DNA of 61,807 nucleotides, the filler included, from Basidiobolus ranarum (taxonomy: Eukaryota), in assembly GCA_040143965.1 (NCBI GenBank). It is 9 parts of 9 records of this genome, joined end to end, with 100 filler letters (N's around TTAATTAATTAA, not from the genome) between each part and the next. Parts side by side here need not be neighbours in the genome. Positions count along the whole stretch, not along the records: positions 48,182 to 54,948 come from JASJQH010008125.1; positions 55,049 to 61,807 come from JASJQH010008126.1; 7 more parts are not named here. One strand, written 5' to 3'. Of this stretch, positions 51,738 through 61,807 are shown piece by piece. How positions within the stretch are numbered: the stretch's first letter is position 1; every line of letters starts with the position of its first letter. The translations under genes were made by a program, and so were the position numbers. The notes under the pieces are model-generated. The model ran no database searches and was not told the DNA's origin. It was given only the letters and a program-made list of their open reading frames with translations.

Positions 51738-52706
51738 TTAGTTTGGCCAAGTGGCAGTAAAAGTGACACTAAGGCCCAAGTGGCTGGATGGGAACATCTT
51801 TGTTTCGTCACTATCAGTAATAGGCTTGTCACCAATCAACTTGATTCTGGCTGCTTCCCATTGAATCTCTTTGTCGTGGTTGCAAACATACACACGGTCA
51901 TTCCGCGAAGGATTTGACGTAGGGTAATTTACACCTAGGGTGTATCCAGCACCCATTTCGTTTTTAGGGTACTTGTGCGCCCACGCGTCAACAAAGTTCG
52001 CCTTTTTCAGTGCTACATCCTCATCAGATCCGGTGAAGTTGAAATCACCACAAATAACCGATGTCATAAACTTGTCTTTTTCCGACTCTGGTAATAGTAC
52101 AGTTTTTATGGATTCTAATTGCTGTTGTCTGAAGTTTATATTATGATTGGAACTTTCCAGGTGAGATGTGGCGATTCTTACTACCGATTGCTCATTAATG
52201 TATATGTCCGCGTAAAGCATCTTTTTTTGCTGTTTAGATGGGAGATAGGTCGCGAAGAAGGGATGCAGTGGAAGCCGCGAGAGCATCAGGACACCCTGGG
52301 GGTGGAGCGATTGTGACTCGATGTCAGAGAGGATATAGCTTTGTTGCACCCATAGCTCTTTCTTCATCTGATCCACGAATTCAGGGGTCACTTCTTGAAG
52401 ACAAATCACGTCGGCGTCTTCTTGTAATAAAAGATGAAGCAGAGCATCGACACGATGCTCCGAGTGAGGCTTATCTGTGCCAGCTATGTTGTAGCAACAG
52501 AGCTTCCAAGTTCGAAATGCTACGTCATCGTCGAGGTTTTTCCGACCAGATGAGGGGGGAAGAGCATCTAGTTGATCACGATGCAAGGGTAACCATTTCT
52601 TTAGCTCTGAGTTGAAGTAGAAAGGGCTAATTGAACTCTCAGCAGGGAGTTTTTTGGGGGTTTGCGAAAAGAGGGAGAATAGTGAACTGATGCTGGAGCA
52701 GAACAT
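51738..52706 (-). CDS. Endonuclease/exonuclease/phosphatase (EEP) family, TDP2-like
   Basis: YNI, DVICLQEV, SHLES, ICGDFNF, DRVY and FPSSH motifs. Confidence 0.88.
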   Translation of the reverse strand: MFCSSISSLFSLFSQTPKKLPAESSISPFYFNSELKKWLPLHRDQLDALPPSSGRKNLDDDVAFRTWKLCCYNIAGTDKPHSEHRVDALLHLLLQEDADVICLQEVTPEFVDQMKKELWVQQSYILSDIESQSLHPQGVLMLSRLPLHPFFATYLPSKQQKKMLYADIYINEQSVVRIATSHLESSNHNINFRQQQLESIKTVLLPESEKDKFMTSVICGDFNFTGSDEDVALKKANFVDAWAHKYPKNEMGAGYTLGVNYPTSNPSRNDRVYVCNHDKEIQWEAARIKLIGDKPITDSDETKMFPSSHLGLSVTFTATWPN

Positions 52707-54948
52707 TTTGTTGGTATCACAAGCAAGCCAGGGAATGGTGTAGACTAGTGAAATATGGATGGAATTGAAGTAGCCCGCAGCGTAATAAAGGATGCAATTG
52801 AAGGAGCTAGTGCTATGGAGAAGATAGGTATGTAATGTAAATCGGTGTAGAAATAGATGGATGACGGACCATCTTTTATATCCAGGAAACTTGATAATTT
52901 CAGAAACAAATTAAAAATTGTGAAAACGGATCCCAGCATATTTGAGTGCTTCTCCGCCATCTTTGATCCACCCTCTGTCTCTGATATTGCATGGATCCAT
53001 TAAGCAAGAGAAATATTCACAGACACAAAAAGCAATAGGGTGACAGATGCTTGTTTCAATGACTTTCTCTTACTCTATGTTTCCACAGCTCAATTAAGCC
53101 CAGATGGTACTCACAAGCACTCAGTTAGTCTATGCATGTTTGAAAAGGCTTGTTAATCAATGGTGCGTGGACGCTAGACACTCTATCAGGCCAACAACGG
53201 ATATTTCCGATCGGCTATTTTTCACACAACGCAGCTTTGTCTCCCCAAGGAACTTGACAATCCTGGCCAATTTAATATATCTTTCCTATTCTTATCCATG
53301 CTGAAGCATTGTGTAGACAGAGAGGGTGGGAGTAATACAAGGAGGAGGTTTGCTGCTTGGATCTACCAGAAATAGCAAAATGAGATATTGTTTCATCGAT
53401 CCTGACCACATCATAAATTCCTTTAAGTTGCAATCTAAACGACTTACTAGTTATGAAGTCACCCCATCCAATCAAAGAGGAGATGTCTTAGTAACCTGGT
53501 TTATTTGGCTAACCATTTGCTGAGATCGGCTCGTCAAGATCTACTGATGCAAAGAGTGCTGTGTGGGCTCTCGGCCCTTCTTTACTAAATAAAGACCTCC
53601 CTTTGAGTCGCATCCGAACCCACCAGTATCATGGCACTAATCAGAATTCCAAGGATCTGTCAACATGTGTCGTATTCTATGGCTATATGGTTATATGGTT
53701 CGGATCCACCACACTCATCGATCAATGTTCACATGTACTTGATAAGTGAGGGCTTTAGCCCCAAAGAACCTATGTCTGGAATGACTGCTGTTGGATGTGT
53801 GACTCAAATGGACGAATGCCAGTATTATAAGGCGACCCGCACGTATTCTCCTATCTCACCGCCTCCAACACAAGCGGATTGCAATGAGCGCTACACCTTC
53901 ACTAGTGACCCGCAGCAGTGAAGAAATATAGTAAGTGCCGGGGCAGGGCAGAAATGTGTGCAGATCAGGTAACAATCCGCCAAGTGTTCAATCAATAGTC
54001 ATGATCTTGGGATCTCCGTTGACGGTGGCTTAGCTCCTTCCAGCATGAGTCGATGGAGGGTGGCTATGATGGATAGATGATTGCAATGATCCAGAATACG
54101 CAATTTTTCAGTGTGAAAGTGGACAAGTATGGTCGTGAATCCGAGATCAGATAGTGAATGCATAATGTAATGCAATGTCAAGTAGCCAGGAAATTGTTCA
54201 TCTGAAAAATTTAGTTCACATTTGGCCAGGGTAGCCCTGTCGAGACTTTCTATTGGCTGGACCAATGTGTTGCATACACTGAACTACGAAACCATCAAAG
54301 TTTGTAGAAACAATAATACTTCGCTGGCGATTTGAGATAAACAAATTATGAAGTCTGTATGCTCAATAACCTTAAGAGGCGAGATGTTCCAACATATAAT
54401 GCAATTGTTTTTTCAGAGGCTAAATGCACCACGTGGGCTTCAGTGATGCCGTTATTGGCTATAATGGATAGCACCTAACGGAGTAGAATGACTTGCTTCG
54501 ACACAATGGAATGGAGCGAGTGGCACATTCGCCAACAGAGTGTTCCACTATCTTTGGCCTTAGGCTCTAGACATAGCGGGTGCATGCTGAATGGTTCACG
54601 GAAAGAATGACCCAGCTGTTTAATCAAACTAAATTACACCATGCCAGGCCAATAAGTGCCCTTGAGCCAAAGTTAAGGCGATAGAATCCAAAGCCAACAA
54701 TATGAATGATCAATGAATGATTAATTGATTCGCAGATGTTGTGTGCGGTGTGAAACCAGGCGCGATCTGCAAACTCTTACAGAACACGAGATTATACCTG
54801 TTAGCATGCTAATTAGCGAGTTTCAGCTGTAATTTCTTAGACCGGCTCTTCGGCCCAGACGTTAGAGGGTTCGAGTCAGTTTTCATTGGCGCGATGTTGA
54901 AGACTGGCTGGGGCAACTAACAATCCAACGGATCATATTTCACATTTC

Positions 54949-55048
54949 NNNNNNNNNNNNNNNNNNNNNNNNNNNNNNNNNNNNNNNNNNNNTTAATTAA
55001 TTAANNNNNNNNNNNNNNNNNNNNNNNNNNNNNNNNNNNNNNNNNNNN
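54949..55048. other. Artificial contig spacer
   Basis: N44-TTAATTAATTAA-N44. Confidence 0.98.
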
Positions 55049-55896
55049 TATATCTGAGAACTTCTAAGTTGGTGTCAACATTCTAAGTAAATTCCTCATG
55101 AGAATAATGGATAGTATCATTGTGAAATAGAAGATAACTAAGTACTAAGCTATATATGACTATATAGGTGTTTAGGCAAAGCTAATTTCAACACAAACTA
55201 TGTTCATATGGTACTTAGTGTGAAGGTACTTTGGGAATCTGTTTGAAGTGCTGTCGAGTAATAGATAAGTAGGTGGTTTATACTAAGTGATATTTTGAGT
55301 TGAGAGTTCCCTATGAGAAATATGGGTATGAATACCACAGGAAAACCAGAAAAAACACAACTATAGGGGTAGGTAGTGTTATAAGAAAATCGTAGGAATA
55401 GAAGGCTGGTAGAGTAACCATAAGAAAACGGGTGCAATGCCATTACAATACCATTAAAAAAAAGTAGAAAAATAGTACAAAATCTAAACCTAATTTTTTT
55501 TTGTAAGGGAGTTGACATATATATTTTTGTCAAGATATAAACAAGCTAATATGTAGAATATCTTATGGAAAGACCTAGAAACATGGTTGCAAAGCTTGGG
55601 TCTTCTAGCACAAGTTTGAAACAATGTATATATCTGAGAACTTCTTGTTAAAATTAGATTTGCCTAAACACCAATATTGTGATATATAGCTTAGTACTTA
55701 GCTATCTTATATTTCACAAAGATATTCTCAATTATTCTCATAAGGCATTTACTTATAATATTTTTACCAACTTAGAAGTTCTCAGATATATAGATTTTTC
55801 AAACTTGTGCTAGAAGCCCCAAACTTCGCATACATGTTCCTGGAATATTCCTTAACAAATTCTACACATTTATCTGAGTACATCTTGACAAAACTA
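55049..55896. mobile_element. Cluster of partial family A LTRs (minus 55049-55192, minus about 55510-55645, plus 55646-55896)
   Basis: Matches to the family A LTR in both orientations. Confidence 0.8.
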
Positions 55897-58751
55897 TCTC
55901 AGAATTTTGCCCTGATTCATTCTGACATATGTGCACCCACAAAAAACACCTCACTAGGTGGGAAAAGGTAGTTGATTGTCTTTATCAAGGATAAAACAAA
56001 ATATATTTAGGTATTTCCCTGAAATCAAAGTATCAAATCTTGGCTACATTCAAGCACTACAAAGCAATGGTAGAGAACAAACCGGTACAGAAAATACTGG
56101 TACTCAGAAGTGACAATGGAGGAGAATACTGCCTTGAAGACATTGCTAATTCTTGTTCTAAATATCAAATCAGTGACAAACTACTGTAACGTTTACTCCA
56201 CAGCAAATTGGAGTTGTGGAACGTGATAATTGGACTATAGGGGAGATGTCAAGAACAAGGTTACATGATCAAAACTTGGATTACCAACAATGGGCTGAAT
56301 CTGTATCCACTGCAATCAATATCAAAAACAGATGCCCAACAAGATTGCTACAAAATTCTACTGCATTTAAAGCCCTACATAGGTCAAAACCAAGTGTGGA
56401 TGCACTCAGGTTCTTTGGTTGCACAGCATTTTGACTAATTCCTGTTTAAAGCGGTTCTTAATTGGATCCCAAAAGTAGAAAATGCATATTTCTTGGTTAA
56501 TGTGATATATCTAAGGCTAACAGATTGTTCGATTCCAAGAAGCAGAAGTTAATCAAGTAAAGAGATGTAATTTTTGATGAAAAAGCCAATTTTTCCCCTC
56601 AAATCGCAGTTTTTGATTCAGAAAGCACAATCAGTACTGCTCAGGAAGTGTCCAACAAAATCCCATCTCTATCTGAGCCACACTCAACTAAAACACTAGC
56701 CCTATTTACGTCAGAGGATGATTTGGAACCCAGAAGAACATCCAGAAGGAAAAATAAGCTAGGAAACTGGTGGAAAACTTGCAATGATGATGTGTATGCT
56801 TATACAGCATTCTGTGCCAGGCCACAGACTCTAGATCAGGCTCTGGAGTGTACCAAATCAAATTTGTTGGAAAAAGCAATGTCCAATGAGTTCTCTTCAC
56901 TTCAGGCCCAGAAAACACAGGTCCTAAGTCCTCTACCATCAGGAAGAAAGCCAATAGGTTGCAAACAGTGTGTCAGAGTCAAAAATTAAGCTGATGCAAC
57001 CATAGTAAAGTACCAAGCAAGAATAGTTGCAAAAGGTGATTACCAGACTCTAGGAGTTGATTTTAAGGAATCAATGTCTCCAGTAGCTATGTTTAGCTCC
57101 ATTATATCAGTTCAGGTGCTCTCAGCAGTCCATAATCATGATTTGCATCAAATGGATGTAAAAACAACCTTTCTGAATGGAAATCTTGCAAAAGAGATCC
57201 ATAGAGAGCCACCAAATGGATTTGTTGACTAAAAACACCCTGCTATGGTCCGTAAACTGCAGAAATTGCTATATTAACTCAAGCAAGAACCCAGGGCATG
57301 AAACAACAAGTTAGATATTGCTTTGGAATCACTTGAATTCCAAAAATGCAAAGCAGACCGCAATAGCTTCATCAAGACAACTAAAAATAGCATTGTTATC
57401 TTATCACTATGTGTGGATGACTTAATTATAGCCACAAATGATCTAGAAGCATTTAATCAAAAAAGAGCAGCTTATCACACTAATTTCAGATGACTGATAT
57501 GGGTGAATCAAGTTTTTTTCTTAGAATACAAATCAAGAGAAATAAACCCAATCAAAAAGTTATGCTGAATCAGTCTAGAAACATCATTGACATCCTGAAG
57601 CACTTTATAATGGAAAATAGCAAGCCTGTATCAACACCAATGGATCCAAGTGTGAAATTAATCAAACATTCATCCATTTTGGCCCAAAATAACTTGAATC
57701 AAAGCCAGCAGTTCCCTCAGCAATCCATGGTGTGTAGTTAAATGTATACAATGATTGGAACTCATCCAGACATTACTGTGGCAGTGGAAACTGATAGCCA
57801 ATGTCTCAAATATCCAGGATCGGAGCACAAAACTGCAGTAAAACAGTTATTCAGGTATTTGAGAGACACTTTAGATTTAGTTCTGCAATTTCATGCCACT
57901 TCTGATGCACAAAATTTTGAATGCTACAGTGTTGTAGACTGTAAAAGAAATCTTGATGATAGGAGATCAACAACTGTGTACACATTCCTCTCTTGTAATG
58001 GAGCCATAACGCGAAGTAGTAAGAAGGAACCAACCATAAACTTACCACTACTGAAGCAGAGTATATGGCAGCCTCTGCTATCACACAAGAAGCTATTTGG
58101 TTAGGGAAGTAATTTAAAGACTTGGTAAATATGCAAAAATGTATGATTACTGTATTTGAAGACAATCAAAGTTGTATTTCCTTAGCTAAAAACCCTACAT
58201 TTCATTCTAGAACTCAACATATAGATATTGGGCATCATTTTGTTGGAGAAGCAATAGAAAGTGATATGACTGAACTTGTCTATTGCCCTACTGAAGAAAT
58301 GATTGCTGACATCATAACCAAACCTTTAGCTAAAGACCAATCTGAACTATTAAGATATAAGTGACGTTTAAGGGAAACAACAAATAATTAGTTAAGTGGG
58401 AATGTTGAAATTAGGTAAATAGCAACTCAATAATTAGTAGTTAGTTAATCATATTCTGATTATTTATGACTCAATTCTGCCATTCAATAACATGAACTTA
58501 TTGCTCTAATTGATATTTCTATAAATTAGATCACTTTTACCAACTTTCACTTTTTTCCCAAAACTTCTCCAAATCACCTCAAATTTTAACCCAGGCTTAG
58601 CAGGCATGTTTGTTATGATTTAAGCACATCCAATAACCCTATTTATAGTAAGCTATTAATAGAACTTATTCACTTCAACAAAACTTAAGTGTCTAAATCA
58701 CAAATCCAAATCTTGTCCAAACATTTCCAAATCCCCAGCACACTCTTATCA
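55897..58751 (+). mobile_element. Copia family B 3' portion (integrase, RT, RNase H, PPT, 3' LTR 58403-58751)
   Basis: RSDNGGEY, WAESVSTA, MDVKTTFLNG, CVDDLII, ADIITKPL; PPT AAGTGGGAA; LTR homologous to 28602-28952. Confidence 0.9.
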
Positions 58752-58769
58752 CATTAATAATTTTCAAGC

Positions 58770-61700
58770 AAAATAATAGCATATTTTTGCATTCATCCTT
58801 AATCTGTAAACAACTTCCTCAATCAAGCAACATCTTGTGTGGTAGCAGAAATAGCCATATACACTGTTTTTGTAGCAGTATGTTTTATTCTTGGTTGCTT
58901 CCTACTATTCCAAAGTCATGGCAGCATTAATTTGGAGAAAAGTATACCCAGTTGTTGATCATTCATCAATAATGTATCTTCCACAGTGTGCATCACTGTA
59001 ACCTTCAAAATATCATGCATTAAGAGTTGCAGAATATTCCAGAACTAGATCTACAGTTCCTCCCAAATTACTGACCATTTGCTTATTGATGTTTGTGCTC
59101 AGATAATGAATTTTGAGTTATTAGCTGATGGTTCCCATAGCCACAGCAATGTTTGGATGCTTTCTAACCATTGTATATATTCAACTGCTCACCAAGGACT
59201 TATACGGGACCTGCTGGCTCTGATGGGAGTCATTTGGGGCTAAATTGGATGACAATTTGAGTAATTTCACATTGGGATCCATTGGTGTAGATACATGCTT
59301 GATATTTTCTAGTGGAGGTATTTTACAATATCTTGAATTAATCAAGACTGATTTGACATGAATCACTGATTGTGTTTATTTCTCCTGATATATACTCAAA
59401 GGAAATAACTTCATTGATTCATATCAGTCATCTGCAATTAGTTTGATAAGCTGGTTTTTGTTGGATTAAATGTTATTATATCATTTGTGGCTTTGATCAG
59501 GCCATTCACATACAGTGGCAAGATGAGGTTCCTATTTCTGGTTGTTTTGTTATATATATTGTGAACTGTGGTGCATTTTAGGAATTCCAGTAATCCAAAT
59601 AAGTATCTGTCTTGTTGTACCATGCTCTATGTGCCTGCCTGAATCCATATATTAACTTCACAACTTACAGACTATATCAGGGTGTTTTGGGTCAACAAAT
59701 TTGTCTGGTTTCTCCATACAGCTCACTTCTGTTACATTTTAGTTTAGAAAGACTCTTTTAACATCAGTTAAATGTAAATCAGGGTTATGGATGGCCAAGA
59801 TTAATCTAATGGAGCTAAACTTAGCTATTAGAGCAAAGGTTTTGTCAACAACAGCTCCTAGAGTCATAAGCACAGACATCATCCTTGGAAGTGTTCCACC
59901 AGTTCCCTGGATTTTACTCCTTCTTAATGAGCTTTTAGTTTGTGAATCATTCTCTGATGTAACTGGATCAGAATTTCAGGTTCAATTAGGCCCATGAACA
60001 GCTAACACTTTCTCAGACACTTTCTGAATAGAGCTAATTGTGTACATAGGATAATGTGCTGTAATTCAAAGAGCAGTATTTGTTTTTGCATCAAAAATCA
60101 TATATCTGTACCAAATTAACTACTGATTTTTGGTATAATACATATTCATGCCTCAGATCCATCACAGCAACCAAAAAATATGCCTTTGCTGCTTTTATGA
60201 TAGTGGAATAACATTGCAATCTTGTTGGGCATCTGTTTTTGATACAGTTTGCAATGACAACAGATTCAGCCCAATATTGGCAGTCTGGCTGCGGATCATG
60301 TAGCCTTAGTCTTGCCATCTCTACTATGGTCCTATCAGCACATTCTACAACACTATTCTGCTGTGGAGTATAAGGTGCTGTAGTTTGTTTCTTCATTGCA
60401 TGTTTAGAGCAAAGGCTAGCAGAGTCTCGTGACCAGTATTTGTCCCCATTATAGCTCCTTGATATTCTTAATTATTAAGCCAATTCTTTCCCTACCATTG
60501 CTTTGTAATGCTTGAATATAGCCAAAGATTTGGCTTTTCATTTCAGAAAGAATACACAAGTACATCTAGTCTTGTTATAAGTAAGGAGCACAGAGTAGCA
60601 TTGGCTACCCAGTTAGATGTTTCATGGGGCCACATATATCCAAATGAGTAAGGGCAAAGTTCTGAGTGGAGCTCAAATCTCCAGAGCTTTAATATAGCTC
60701 TCTGGGATTGTTCTATATATGCATCATCCAATTTCTGATATTGCCATTTTTTAAGCCTGAAAAAAGTTGTCTCTGGTTTGTTTGGGCCAGTTGTGTTCCC
60801 CAATATGGCCTCATCTTCTATACCACATTTGATCACTTATTTGACTAGCTCTGGCTAAGTCCACATATGCACAATGCATTTAGTAGTATTAAAGCATGTA
60901 TAGGATTTGAGTTTGGATCTCAGTTGCTAATTTGTGAAACTTTGTTTAAATGATAGGGCATCCAGCATTGCTGAACACAAATTTAGTTCTTGAGCTATTG
61001 CTAGGCTTACTGAGAGTAGATTTCTTGCCATATTTGGAGATACCTGGCAATGTTGAGTGCATAGAGTAAATCATCCTATCTTGCAGAAGGAGTAGATGAA
61101 TTTAGGTCTAAATTGAGCACAACTGTGCCCTTACCAGCTGCATCATATGCATAGTCATTACCTAGTTTGTCTGGAATGATATTAAGCTAGAAAACCAATC
61201 TTTCTTATTTGACAAATGTTGGGAAGCTCCTGCTAAAATGTACCTCAATTATGAGTCTCCCTTAATGTATACTGATACTGCAGACACATGTGCATGATCC
61301 CAATAAGTGCTTGCTAGATTTGCTTGCTCCAATTTTAGCATTTTGGCAAAATACCTTTTTCTACAATCTTTAATTTAATGGCCTGGTTTCATGCAATTCT
61401 GATGGATGACCAATTTCCATCAGGGCAACAATGATTGAACATTGTTGGATATTTCAAAGCTCCAAAAAATATCTGATCTGCATTATTTGCTGTGAATTAG
61501 ATTTCCTTCATTCCACATTCAAAAGCCTTGTACCTATATATTCCATTGTTAATGGCTCTAATCTTGATTCTAAGGCAGTTATGTGGGTCCCAAACTTCTC
61601 TGGCAGGCTCACAACTAGTTTTATGATGAAGTTATCCAAACTTCAAGATGCCCCAATGGATGAGAGCTGTTCTGCCATAGCTTGTATCCTGTTTACATGA
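58770..61700 (-). mobile_element. Heavily decayed copia family B internal region
   Basis: TAPYTPQQNSVVECADRTIVEMAR integrase; HVSTPMDPNVKL; gag remnants near 61400-61700. Confidence 0.85.
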
Positions 61701-61807
61701 ATAGACTTGTTCCATCAGACCAGGTCAGATTGTGCTGCTCAATCCAGCCAGCTAGTACACCATCTGGCAGCATCTGTCAATTACCATGGCTTCGTCCTAT
61801 AACACGA

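Noticed and set aside
52745-54948. Several 60-100 aa ORFs in a CpG-normal region
   Set aside because: No homology recognisable by eye and mostly non-ATG starts.

Overview
Eukaryotic, AT-rich fungal DNA, probably from an early-diverging lineage (short GT-AG introns; Basidiobolus-like is my unverified guess). The window is not one locus. It is nine contigs of about 6.8 kb, in strictly decreasing length, joined by artificial 100-bp N44-TTAATTAATTAA-N44 spacers, so synteny across spacers is meaningless. Host genes: partial F-box/LRR protein, RPS23, spliced 5'-nucleotidase, partial NmrA-like reductase, isocitrate lyase, secreted Gly-rich repeat protein, polyubiquitin, spliced PKA catalytic subunit, glutaredoxin, MBOAT acyltransferase and a TDP2-like EEP phosphodiesterase. 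Much of the rest is CpG-depleted, nested, decayed LTR retrotransposons: two Ty1/copia families, one Ty3/gypsy and many solo LTRs. Best leads: (1) a bacterial flagellin N-terminal-like ORF inside a fungal contig, lacking the flg22 segment; (2) a 281-bp TG..CA solo-LTR-like insertion with a perfect 5-bp TSD that carries a full tRNA cloverleaf; (3) half-tRNA-iMet (Ty5/copia-type) primer-binding sites; (4) a decayed extra ORF downstream of the gypsy integrase. All calls are by eye, without database searches.
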